DNA of 64,000 bases from Octopus bimaculoides (taxonomy: Eukaryota), in NCBI RefSeq assembly GCF_001194135.2, contig NC_068995.1:43512051-43576050 (forward strand), written 5' to 3'. Under the pieces are notes generated by a model. The model made no database searches. It was not told the origin of the DNA and was given only the letters and a program-made list of their open reading frames with translations. The position numbers were made by a program, and so were the translations under genes. This document shows positions 26,671 through 39,627 of the stretch, piece after piece (position 1 is the first letter of the stretch; the number at the start of each line of letters is the position of its first letter).

Positions 26671-27834
26671 TAAGAAACGACAGTACTCTGCTCTGGATCT
26701 ATAACAAGATAAGGGCTCAAGTAAGCATGCAAATACATGACTGTAGACTGTGTTTAGTAGTAAGGCACTAGTAGGACTAAAACTTTGCTACCAATGGAGC
26801 CAACATCGATTTTTTTATCATCATCACGAAATATTGATATTAAAATACGTCTTAGATTTCAAATGTACAACTCGTTTTTGCCGGTTGAGTGACGTATATC
26901 AATGAAATTGAGAAAAGTCACTTTCTAATAAAACTCTCAGTTGATATAACTTGCGGGTGTTTCAACGAACGTGATCCCTGCTAAAATTATGTACATTGAG
27001 CAATGAGAATATGTAAAAGAACATTCTGAAACGTTTCCTAAATTAGTTTAGAATCCCATTCATACAACATTTATAACGCATTTGTTTACTGTATTCTTTT
27101 ATGTCTTTTCAAAGAAACTGTGAATGCAAGGAAGCTAAATAATCAGTAGATAAACAAAGACCCAAAAAAAAGATTTTCTTGGATATTTGTATGAAAACTG
27201 TACTATTTTAACCTTTCTCAGGCTATTAACATCGCAGGTGAAAGGTTCATAGCTGAAAACCTTAAATAGATGTTGTGTTATAATAAACAGTGATCTATAG
27301 GTGCCTCGTTTCTGCGATCGTTAGGAAGAAAAATAAAAATTAAAAACGTAATGTAGAAGGAATTATATAATAGAAAAAAAATTATCTAAAATATATGAAT
27401 ATATAATGTTTTTGATGATGGAAAGATATTTAAAGAAATTAAAAAACCATATAATATATCGTTTGCATAAAACATTAACTTTACGTTGATACTGTTTTTA
27501 AACGTATACGGTTCTTTCGATAATACCCATCACAGATAGGTAGTGAAAAAGAGTGTGTTGTTGATTGAACTAATCGTAGTATTTTTTTCTGGCATTCAAA
27601 TTATTCATGTTAAAAGGACGAAGTTCAACATTTTGACTAACGAAATTTGTGAAGGAAAAACAAAATGGATGAAAAACAAAATGAGATGTCGCAGTGGGGT
27701 CGGTAGGGAAGTGTTGAAGCGAGGAATGAATATACGTGACATAAGTAGGATGTTGTTGTGGAATAAGATAACGAGATGAAGGCAGAAAGAAATATTAATA
27801 AGTCGACGATGATCACAAATAGAAGAAAAGGAGG

Positions 27835-28172
27835 AGGACGACGACGACGACAAGAAGAAGAAGAAGAAGAAGAAGAAGAAGAAGAAGAAGAAGAAGAAGA
27901 AGAAGATGATGATGATGAGGATTACGATGACAATGATTATGACGACGATGATGATGATGATGATGACGATGATGATGAAGAAGAATTAAGAGAACAGTGA
28001 AAAATCCATGAAAATCAAATGATAGAGGAGAAAAGAATAGAAGAGACTCATTGAGAAAGGAAACTGAATTATATCAGATGAGAAAGAACAAAGATATAGG
28101 CAAAGAGACAGACAGACAGACAGACAGACACACACACAGACAGACAGGCAGGTAGGTAGGTAGGTAGGTAGG

Positions 28173-28244
<72 letters not shown>

Positions 28245-28249
28245 CAGAC

Positions 28250-28302
<53 letters not shown>

Positions 28303-28593
28303 CAATGATACATACATACGTACTTACATATATACATATATACATACACAGACACACAGACAAACCAACGGAGGGAGAGAGAGATAGAAAAGGAGAGAAG
28401 AGAGGAGGAAGAAAAAACAAGCAAACAAACATACAAAGGAAAAAGAAGGAAAGAAAAAGAAAGGGAAAGAAAGAAGAAATGAAATATGATGGATTAGTGA
28501 TTGGAGAAGGAAACGAAGGGAAAAAAATAAAGAATCAAGAGGAGGAAACAAAATGAAAATAAAGAGAAAATTGAAGAAATAAGAAAGCGAATA

Positions 28594-28649
<56 letters not shown>

Positions 28650-28650
28650 N
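27835..28650. repeat. Compound microsatellites (GAA)n, (GAT)n, (GACA)n, (GGTA)n, (GATA)n, (GAAA)n
   Basis: Direct sequence. Confidence 0.95.
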
Positions 28651-30171
28651 NNNNNNNNNNNNNNNNNNNNNNNNNNNNNNNNNNNNNNNNNNNNNNNNNN
28701 NNNNNNNNNNNNNNNNNNNNNNNNNNNNNNNNNNNNNNNNNNNNNNNNNNNNNNNNNNNNNNNNNNNNNNNNNNNNNNNNNNNNNNNNNNNNNNNNNNNN
28801 NNNNNNNNNNNNNNNNNNNNNNNNNNNNNNNNNNNNNNNNNNNNNNNNNNNNNNNNNNNNNNNNNNNNNNNNNNNNNNNNNNNNNNNNNNNNNNNNNNNN
28901 NNNNNNNNNNNNNNNNNNNNNNNNNNNNNNNNNNNNNNNNNNNNNNNNNNNNNNNNNNNNNNNNNNNNNNNNNNNNNNNNNNNNNNNNNNNNNNNNNNNN
29001 NNNNNNNNNNNNNNNNNNNNNNNNNNNNNNNNNNNNNNNNNNNNNNNNNNNNNNNNNNNNNNNNNNNNNNNNNNNNNNNNNNNNNNNNNNNNNNNNNNNN
29101 NNNNNNNNNNNNNNNNNNNNNNNNNNNNNNNNNNNNNNNNNNNNNNNNNNNNNNNNNNNNNNNNNNNNNNNNNNNNNNNNNNNNNNNNNNNNNNNNNNNN
29201 NNNNNNNNNNNNNNNNNNNNNNNNNNNNNNNNNNNNNNNNNNNNNNNNNNNNNNNNNNNNNNNNNNNNNNNNNNNNNNNNNNNNNNNNNNNNNNNNNNNN
29301 NNNNNNNNNNNNNNNNNNNNNNNNNNNNNNNNNNNNNNNNNNNNNNNNNNNNNNNNNNNNNNNNNNNNTGTGTGTGTACATGTGTGTATTCGTGTGCTTG
29401 TGCGTGTGTGTGTAAATATGTGCATGCGTGTGTGCAAATGTGTGTTTGCGTGTGTGGATGTGGGTGTATGTGTTAGTGTGTGTTTGTGTATGTATGCGTG
29501 TGTTGGTGTGTGTGCACGTGTGCCTGTGTGTGTACATGTGTGTGTACATGTGTGTATTCGTGTGCTTGTGCGTGTGTGTGTAAATGGGTGCTTGTGTGAG
29601 AATGTGGGGCATGTGCGTATATGTATGAGTGTGTTTGTGTATGGAAGTCTGTGTATGTATGCCGGTAAGTGTGTGTGTATGTGTGAGTATCCTTGTGTGT
29701 GCGTGTATGTAAATGTGTGCTTGCCTGTATAGATGTCGGTGCATGTGTTTGTGTGTCCGTGTGTGTGTTTGTACATTTCTGTGAGCTGATGTGTGCCTGA
29801 ATGCCTGTGCGTGTGTGTCTGTCCGTCTGTGTGTGCGCTTCAGGATGTGTGCGTCGGCGTGAGTGTCAAGTTGTGTGGGAATGTCTACGTGTGTGTGTGT
29901 GTGTGTGTGTGTCAGTGTCTGAAAAATATATGAACGATCAATATTATTTGTATTGTATGAGATGGGTGGGCAAGAGAGTTATAAATTCGCAGTAATTGAG
30001 AAAGGGGGATACAGACGGAGAGGAAGAGGAGAGAGAATGAGAAGGTGAGCATCAGAGAGATTTATAGTTTGACTATGAATACATACATACATTCATACAT
30101 ACATACATACAGACAGACAGACAGACAGACATGCATGCACCGGCTAGCGCGTGCACACAGACAAACAAGTT

Positions 30172-30213
<42 letters not shown>

Positions 30214-30229
30214 GTAACAAATAGTAAAA

Positions 30230-30271
<42 letters not shown>

Positions 30272-30534
30272 ACTTTTACTATTTGTTAAGGTTTTAAATT
30301 TTTAGCTCGAGGCCGCAGTCATGTTGGGACACCAGCGTTAGATTTTCAACAGTTTCATTACTTGAAGTCTTCTCCAATATGTGGCATTTGGTGAATGAGA
30401 GAGTATCGTGCTGCCACCATCATTTGTGCTTCCTACCGTGAAGTAGTTTCGTCCAGACTCTTGACAGGAAGAGATCCAGTCTTTTTATGTGTATATATAT
30501 ATATATATATATATGGATATATATTCTTCTATAG

Positions 30535-30895
30535 TTTTATTCTTTTACGTGTTTCAGTCATTTTACTGCGGCTATGCTGGGGCATCGCCTTTCGTCAAAC
30601 AAATCGACCACAGGACTTACTCTTTGTAAGCCTAGTATTTATTTTATCGTTCTCTTTTCTTGAACTGCTATTTTACGGGGACATGAACTCACCAATACCG
30701 ATTGTCAAGCGATAATGGGGAGAGAAACAGACGCACAAATACATATACACACACACACACACACACACATACGATGAGCTTCTTTCAGTTTCCACCTACC
30801 AGATCGACTCAAAAGGCTTTGGTCGATCCGAAGCTATAATAGAAGACACTTGACCAAGGTGCCCCGCAGTGGGACTGAAACCGGAACCATGTGGT
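30535..30895 (-). mobile_element. Near full-length family B SINE
   Basis: Reverse complement of CCACATGGTTCCGGTTTCAGTCCCACTGCGGGGCACCTTGGTCAAGTGTCTTCT through the (TG)n core to ATGACTGAAACACGTAAAAGAATAAAA. Confidence 0.9.
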
Positions 30896-30965
30896 ATTCA
30901 AGTTACGTATGAGTGAATTGGATGCTTTACACCCCATTGAAGGAATTTTTTCCATCGTTTCTTAA

Positions 30966-31006
<41 letters not shown>

Positions 31007-31084
31007 ATACAGAAATAAATTTATTTCTCAAACGTGTGATAATGCTATAAATAGCAAGATCAGGATAAATTATCCATTTATCGC

Positions 31085-31175
31085 AGAAAAATACGTTACT
31101 GGCCAGCCATGAGACTCCAACTCACATGCCTGTGATTACGCGTCAAGTGTTTTACCATTAATCTAAACTGCCCAG
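31085..31175 (-). mobile_element. Isolated tRNA-like SINE head, decayed
   Basis: Minus strand GCTGGGCAGTTTAGATTAATGGTAAAACACTTGACGCGTAATCACAGGCATGTGAGTTGGAGTCTCATG shows a degenerate A/B-box layout. Confidence 0.45.
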
Positions 31176-31214
31176 CAACGAATTCTTTTGCAATTTTAGA
31201 ACAATAACTGTTTA

Positions 31215-31602
31215 TTGACAGGTGCTTCGTACAAGAGGTTTATTTTCAGTAACCATCTTCACAGCAGTGCGTAGTTATCCTTCTCTCCCATGCACAAAGA
31301 AGCTAGCGCCAATTTGAAACAGCGAGATCTCACCTGCAACTACCATACGCGAGATAAAAACGAGATCTCGCTTGCAACCATTATTTAAGGAAAAGACAAC
31401 ATTTTCCCTCCCGTTTTTCTCACGCTGACGCCGAGGAAGACTTCGAAACCAGGAGCTCACAGCGAACTTTTGTCCCGCTGTGATATTACATGCATTGTCT
31501 CCAGAGGTTATTGAAACTCACGTGTATAGGAGAGACGGTTAACTACGCACTTCTATGAAGGAGGTTATTAAAAGCAAACTCCTTGTACGAAGCACCAGTG
31601 AA
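31215..31602. mobile_element. MITE-like element with ~80 bp imperfect terminal inverted repeats
   Basis: Left TTGACAGGTGCTTCGTACAAGAGGTTT..GTGCGTAGTTA versus reverse complement of right TTCACTGGTGCTTCGTACAAGGAGTTT..GTGCGTAGTTA; non-coding interior; no TSD identified. Confidence 0.75.
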
Positions 31603-31794
31603 AAGAACGGTTGTTGAATTTACTCGGCCTGAGAACTTCGTTCTTCGTATTTCCAGCTCCTTGAATCAACAGAATAATTGTAATGGAAGAAGATACCCCA
31701 AAAGTATCATAAAATACTTCTTTCCATTATGTGTCGAGGTACAAAGAGGCCAGCGCCATTTTGAAGCACCTGTGAATAAATGGTNNNNNNNNNN

Positions 31795-31827
<33 letters not shown>

Positions 31828-31954
31828 AAACACGAAAGAATGAAAATTGGAGAATTATACATATTTCAACAGCTTATACGCGTTTTGCATTCATTGGGAT
31901 TGCACAATTCCGAGACTTATCAATCAGGCATTTTGATCTATCAATATCTATTTG

Positions 31955-32659
31955 TGTAAAATTTTACAATGATCGAGAAATTAACACCATTTATATCCGT
32001 CTCAAAATTTTGTCACACTGCTTGCAATGGAGAACAGAGAAAAATTTAATGTAGACATGTTGTACTAACTTTAAACATTTCTGTCCAAAACTTGGGATAG
32101 GTACCTGCAGACCTACGTAAGAATTTTGATGTTAAAGTAGCATTGAAATAGGATATGGCATATATTTCTACGTTGCTAAGCTGTTATTGACATCAAGAAG
32201 TGTAGCTAAAACTGTTCATAAGATGTATTTTTGAGGTCTCTAAAGAATATTACTTAATCTGCATCAATTTTAAATAGAGGCTTGCTGTGGAGGACAGTGT
32301 ACTTAGTGAGAATCCTAAAAGCGATTATCAGTACATTTATTAATTAGGGATACATTTTATGTCGAATAGATTGTTTTTCTTAGTGGAATAGATGTTTAAA
32401 ATTTAAAATTTAAGATAATTGCATTATAGTTAAGATAACCTAAGGTAGAAATAGAATTAAATTAAATAAAGTAAATAAAGCAAGGCAAATTAATATCAAT
32501 TAAAAATTGATAAAGATTAAAAATTAACAGAGAATTATTAACTAATTTCAATTAATTAAATGATATCTTAAAAGTAATTTAAAAAAACTTAAATCATCTA
32601 CTTGTAGAGTTTTGAGATTTAAACATTAATAACAGTAATGAAAACAACAACATAGTAAC

Positions 32660-32746
<87 letters not shown>

Positions 32747-33419
32747 AACTAATAATGATAATAAATGCCCTGATGCAGTAACACCTCATTATTGTTATTA
32801 TTATTACTGAGTGAGAGAGCAGTGCATGCCATCAAAGTGACACTGGGGTAAAATATACGAAGCCCAGTACACCCATCATGACTACCCGTCTGATAAGGGT
32901 ACACCAGGCACATACATCACGGCCATATGTGCACGACATGGTGATCTCATATCAAAATAAACAGCGTATGACTTTGCCGGTGGGGCCCTGTTAGAATTTT
33001 CTTCCCGTTGAGTAGTCCATCCCATTCAAAAGGTCTCTGAATAATGTTTGTTTAAGGATGTTGAACGAAACATCCATGTTTCCAAAGGTGAATTATCGAA
33101 ACCCAAAAGAATTTCTCTCGGTACATAGCTATGATGTTCCCCTGCTACTTCTGCTTGTGATCAGAGATGCACATATCGTCAGCCACTAATGCCACTAATG
33201 GATATGATCAACTGGTTATGGTCAATCAAAAAATTTTCGGTATGGAGCAGAATATTTGCTGTAGGCCATCTTTTATACCAACACAAAACAACGAACATGA
33301 TAACACTTTCAATCAATTAAGATCAGAAGTCATGAGAATCACTGCCTGGAACTACTTCACGGCGTTTATCATCATTATTATTATTGTTGTTGCTGTTGTT
33401 GCTATTGTTGTCGTTGTTG

Positions 33420-33475
<56 letters not shown>

Positions 33476-34145
33476 TAAATCCCAAAACTATATAATTAAA
33501 TTATAAAATTATACCTTCAATTATCTGATTATTTTTATATTACTTTTTAATTTATTTTAATTTAGCTTTATTTATTCATTATATTTTTATTTGCGAATTA
33601 TTTTAAACTAATTTTGATGTAATCCTTTTGTTTACTTTAGTTTATATTAACCATATTGCAATTATCTTAATTTTAAAATTTTAAATATTGATTCCTCTAA
33701 GACAAACAACCTCTTCTAAATAGAATATATTCCATTTTAATTATTATACTGGTTATTTCTTTGTTACTTACTATACTGATTATTTCCTTTGGGATTCTCA
33801 CTAACACGTCTTCCACCTAAAGACAATTAATACTGACCAAGTGATATTCCATATCTTATGAACAGCCGTAGCTATATTTGCCAGCTCTCTATATTTGTTG
33901 AGATCAATAACAGTTTAAACCCGGTAAGGATATTTGCGAGAATCGATTTCATTGATGCCTTGACCATACAATACATAACTTGTGCACATATCTATCCCTT
34001 CTTTAAGCCCAAAATTTTAAAGTTTACGGCTATAGATCTCCCTTAAATTGTACTCCCTGCAGTAATTTTAAAATATATATATAACTATGGATGAAACATA
34101 CGGCGGTAATTTGGGATTGGCTGTGATTAGTAAATTTTACAAAGA
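31955..34145. repeat. Large diverged inverted repeat, arms ~31955-32630 and ~33475-34145
   Basis: Colinear shared blocks: GTAAAATTT, CTGTTATTGA, CTGTTCATAAGAT, TTAGTGAGAATCC, AAGATAATTGCA, AGTTTTG.GATTTAAA. Each arm ends inward in an (AAT)n tract. Confidence 0.85.
32806..33367. mobile_element. ~560 bp non-coding interspersed element (family E) embedded in (ATT)n
   Basis: Second copy on the opposite strand at 53275-53593; terminal fragments at 32763-32780 and 25808-25845; both ends abut (ATT)n. Confidence 0.8.
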
Positions 34146-34999
34146 ACAGTTGGAGGAATTTCAACCATGTTTCGTGGTCTGCTACCACAACAGCTCCTTT
34201 ATAGGATCCAGTTAGCTCAAGACATCATCAGGAGGAACCACGTCCGGTTTCGGCCCCTACTCCTCTACCGTTTTGACGTGGCGGGGCCACCCCCTTTCGG
34301 AGGTGTCTTCAGCTCTGGTGTTGGGTGCATGTCTTCTTTCACTGTTTGTGACTGTTCTAATTCAACTGTGGGATGTCCCTCGCTATGGTTATTTTCCAGG
34401 AGGTTCTGGCCACACGTCTTACGGTTCATCAACCCGCGTTGTTGAATTACTTTTTTCCGGAAGAAATTATTGTTTCTCTGTTCTTCCGTAAGCGTTTTAT
34501 TGCTTCTGGAAATGAAACTATTTGTCATTTCGTTTCCTACAGATGTTAGAGTGATATGAGCACTGCATTGCATTCTTTATTATAAGTGCTCATAATGCAG
34601 AGTGAAATATAAACGAAAAAGAAACATCGCAGCACGGTGACGAAAAAAAAGGGGAAAAGCATGATATTTTGTAAAATGTAACAGAACGCAAATAAGAAGT
34701 AGATATGAGAAGAAATAGGGAAAAGATAGAACAACTAGGTTGCAAATATGAAGTGGACACGAAAGAAGGATAGAGATGAAAAGGGTGGTAAAGATAAGGA
34801 AATTAAGTTATAATAAGGAAATATTTTAGAAACAAAACTTACACAACGAAAGGAAAGAAATAAGAAATAAGATTGTCAGGGAAGAGAAAAGATGGAAAAT
34901 ATAAAGCTCGAGAGAGTAAAAAATAAAATTAAAAGCGAAAGAAAAATGGAATATAAATTCGAAGAGGACGAAAATCTTCAGAAAAAATATGAAGGAATG

Positions 35000-37210
35000 C
35001 ATTGGCAGTGTGTTGTGCTTAATAATGATCCTATAGTTAGTATTCACCTGAAAAAATTGTACCTCTGGGCCTTATGTACACAACATTAAGATAGTGTCGT
35101 GCAAGGAAATGGGACAAGGAATAATTAGGCCTGTGATATGCGAATAAATTGCAAAGATCCAAATACCTCGAACTGAGGTCTTTGTTATGCAAGAATTGTA
35201 TGCATCCCAGCATACAATTAACTTTTTACAATGATATCATCTGGAGCAGATAATCGTCAATGTAAGTGAGTTTCTCACACATTTTACCGTAGGAATAGAA
35301 GATATGGAGGAAATTGGTTTTTGAGCGTTACATTTTATAGGTGGTATTCAAAAGGAAGCACAATATGACAACAAAGAGATTAGCACTTGTATTAGCTGAT
35401 GAAAACATTTCTCGCCTCAGAAGTTTCCGGTGCGTATTAGAATGTATTTCAAACCTGGACGTTCAAATTGTTATCGTTGTAAAAAAAAATAAAATAAGTG
35501 CATGCATGTCAGAAGATTTAACGTTCGCGAGAGTAATGTAATGACAAATATTATGGTTAGGGGAGATTAGGACAAATTCAATATTGTTCTGAAACGTGGT
35601 GATAATAACACAAAATTTATAATGCAACCCATCGTTCAAATAATATTTCACATAACCATTTGTTTGATGGTTACCACTTTAGAATGCCACCAGCTGGTGT
35701 GTCTCACTTCCGAAAGAATCTATGTCCTGTATAGATTAATGTTTATCGATAAATTATTTGAAGAATTTCCTTATTACAGCTATAATGCCGAGCAATATAC
35801 CAAAATGTTGTCATAGTTACTTCCAGAGTGTGCGATCCACAAATAGATACAAACTAAGAGTGGTGGATCTTATAACTAAATATCAAATATATTTCAACCA
35901 GTACGTTGCTTTATATACAAAAGTAATTATTATAAAAATAGACCTAACTCATGCAGATGCTTTAATCTGGGTTTTGAACAAGAGATTGATTCTAAAGTAT
36001 TAGCAAAATACGGGAAAATCATTTAGAAAATTATCGAATCGAACAATGTTCATGGTACCCATGTGTATTTCACCTTCCACTGCGACCTGGATAATAGTCT
36101 AAGAGTGTACAAACTTTAATGCTGACATTTTAATAAAGACATAAACAACTGAGGATGAATTTCCATCAACCAAAGAAAAATAGCACCAGATGAAGTCTTT
36201 GGAACAAAGCTAGGCTACATATGGAATTGGTAATTCATGGACAGTGCCTTATTTTTCTATTTTAACTAATACATTTGATGTCCATATAAAAAATGATAAA
36301 ATGTAATTCCTTAGTCTGCTCAATAAATATATCAATAAGTGTTCTGATTCTGCAATATTCCGAGACAATAAATAGTTCGAGAGGATGAAGAAATTTGTAG
36401 CAATGAAGCTTTATTGAGCATATTTCCCATTTCTATTCAGGAATCCTATCCTGTTCAGCATCTGTCTGTGCACTTAGAACTCGTATAAAGTATCCATTTA
36501 CTGTAGAGACAACTACTCAGTAATCCCTAGGTGCAAGAAAGACTGCAGTAACACCTTTTGTTTTTCAACTTTGATATAAAACTTTCTATATCATCAATTC
36601 GGTCCTATTGAAAATGAAGTGACCAACCAAGAAATTGGGGAAGATGAGGCTCTGACCTTTTGAAATGATACGCAATTTCATAATATTCTGAGACGTAAAT
36701 ATATATATACAGATTGTCTAAGTTTTGAAAGAAGGCTTTCCTTAATATTATTTGTTCATGAAATTTGTTGTACATTTTTCCCAATTGTCGATCAGTTACT
36801 GTTTATGACTGTGTCTGTTGCACAGAAACAGGTATAATATTAGTGTTACTAAAGGATGATAATCATGAGATAGTAGCTATGCCTCTTTGTTGTTCTTGTT
36901 AGATATTATCACTTGGAAGATATTGTATCAATATGGCTATAAAAACTAGATTCAGTTGTGATATCCTAGCAGGAAGCAGAAGACATTGACGTAATGTATA
37001 ATACACGAGAAACTCCTACTGAAGAGAATGTTTTAAACCATTATGGAGAATGAATTGTCTAAGTTTAGCATGGTCCATACCAATTGTTGTTAACTCGATA
37101 TTTTAGCAACTGAAATATTAACTGAAGATTCCTATTCAACACAGGAAGTTCTGTCAAGACTTATCACGAAAACTTAGCATAACTTACTTTCTAAAAAAAG
37201 GTGTATGTAA
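35000..37210 (+). pseudogene. Decayed Helitron Rep (HUH endonuclease) region
   Basis: Colinear degenerate motifs: YN*LFTMISSGA (35213-35248), LTHADALIWV (35944-35973; cf. LPHAHILIWL), NSWTVPY (36232-36252), KYINKCSD (36325-36348), CSNEALLSIFPISIQESYPVQHLSVHLE (36396-36479; cf. SSNEAVWRI...HLAVHLE), LLKDDNH (36846-36866). Many stops and frameshifts. Confidence 0.8.
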
Positions 37211-38068
37211 AATGTTAGACTTGAGATGCATTTTATCAAACATGAAGACGTTTACGTCATACTCCAGTACAAACAAGTAAAATACATTTTAGCAAACAGT
37301 TGCTTGGGGAAACCACAATCATACTTTAACCCTACACATATACAGGTGACGGCATACATGCTATCATACATATTAACACACACACACACACACGCACACA
37401 CATACATACACACACATATATAGTTTGGGGTTTCGGATATGTTGATGCAAAATCGTGTGTTAAATCACCCATTGCTATAGTTTGGCCGGATCATTTTGGT
37501 AACAAAACACATCGCACTGCGGTTTTATTATTAATCAAGCTAATAGTTTATTACGTTATCAATTAAATAGACGGTTTGTTAACAATCTGATGTCAAGCCC
37601 TATGACCTAATCCCGCGATGTCACTTTTGCACTCATTCCTATGTAATATATAATTATTTCCTACTCCTTGCTAATTTCTCTTAAAGAAATGGTGGTTTTT
37701 ATCTTTTTTCGCATTTTGAGAATTTCTAATGAATAAACAGTATACGTGCATGTAGGTTTGTGAGTTTTATATGTATCGCGTTAGTGCTGGAATAATTTTT
37801 TTCAAGCAGAGATTGGCATTTACTTCCTGTTTGTGTGTGTGAGTGAGTGTGTGTGTATGTGTGTGTGTGTGTGAATATGCATTTGATGTGTATGTACGTG
37901 CCCATGTGTGAACTTGTCAGCGCGTGTACGTGTGTATATTGATATGCATGTGATGTGCATGTGTATAATCCTATGTGCACTTGTCAGCGCGCGACTACGT
38001 GTGTGATTGCGCATGTGCAATTTTGCGCGTGCATCTGTTTGTGTATGACTCTCTCTCTCTCTGTGTGT

Positions 38069-38115
<47 letters not shown>

Positions 38116-38440
38116 TGTGTGTGAAGTTCTTTGTTGGTTTTCTCGCTTTTACTTTCATACTCATTATCTATCAATACTTACACACAAACAAGTACACGTA
38201 GCTACTCGTATATAAATATACTTTGCCATCGTTGTGTTTTCATATTTCTGTTTCTACAACGAATTGTATCTTGCCGTTTGTTTTTCTCGATATCCGCCCA
38301 TGCTTATTGGCATTAACCTTGGATGATCTGGTATCTGTTTGTCATTAAATATTCTATAGACAAATGCATACATACATGCATATGTACTCACACACAGGCG
38401 TACATAAGCACGTACATCAATATATACTAACATAAATATA

Positions 38441-38493
<53 letters not shown>

Positions 38494-38884
38494 NNNNNNN
38501 NNNNNNNNNNNNNNNNNNNNNNNNNNNNNNNNNNNNNNNNNNNNNNNNNNNNNNNNNNNNNNNNNNNNNNNNNNNNNNNNNNNNNNNNNNNNNNNNNNNN
38601 NNNNNNNNNNNNNNNNNNNNNNNNNNNNNNNNNNNNNNNNNNNNNNNNNNNNNNNNNNNNNNNNNNNNNNNNNNNNNNNNNNNNNNNNNNNNNNNNNNNN
38701 NNNNNNNNNNNNNNNNNNNNNNNNNNNNNNNNNNNNNNNNNNNNNNNNNNNNNNNNNNNNNNNNNNNNNNNNNNNNNNNNNNNNNNNNNNNNNNNNNNNN
38801 NNNNNNNNNNNNNNNNNNNNNNNNNNNNNNNNNNNNNNNNNNNNNNNNNNNNNNNNNNNNNNNNNNNNNNNNNNNNNNNNNNNN

Positions 38885-39135
38885 TGCTGCTGTTGGTGGT
38901 TTTGGCGATGGTGGCGGCGGCGGTGGCTGTGACGGTCGTGGTGGTGATGGCGGTGGTAGTGGTGGTGTAGGCGGCGGCGGTGGTGGGGGTGAGTTTGGTG
39001 AGGTGATGGTGGTGGTGGAGGTGGTGCTGCTGCTGTTGGTGGTTTTGGCGATGGTGGCGGCGGCGGTGGCTGTGACGGTCGTGGTGGTGATGTTAGTGGT
39101 GGAAATGATGATTGTAGTTGCTTTGTTCGTGGTGG
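38885..39135. repeat. (GGT/GGC)-rich low-complexity tract with an internal ~65 bp duplication
   Basis: GCTGCTGTTGGTGGTTTTGGCGATGGTGGCGGCGGCGGTGGCTGTGACGGTCGTGGTGGTGATG occurs at ~38886 and ~39028. Confidence 0.85.
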
Positions 39136-39561
39136 GGTGTTAAGGTCTCGGGTGTGGTGGCGACATGCTAATATATATTCTATTAATATTTCCTCTCGAC
39201 GTAGTGACAGGGTTACTCTCCTACTATGCTTACTGCCTCTGTAACTTGTCATAATTTAAGATCAGAATAAAAACAGTTGCCTCTTCGAATCTATTCAAAG
39301 ATCAGTGATCCTACTATAAACAGCATCAGTGCAAGAGCAACATTTAGTAATCATATGGGAATGATCAAAACAGAAAAATGCCGTAAAAATTACAACTTAA
39401 ATGAAATTAAAATGTACAGTACTGAAATAATATAATATTGCAAAACGAGCTAACTTATAAATGCATACATGTATGTGTGTAGCATATATCTGCGTATGGG
39501 TACGCTCACACGCACACACGCACTCACCCCCACACACACACACATATATATATATATACAT

Positions 39562-39627
<66 letters not shown>

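Noticed and set aside
38254-39252. Pro/His-rich 332 aa minus-strand ORF
   Set aside because: It spans a gap and (TA)n and derives from GGT/GGC low-complexity sequence.
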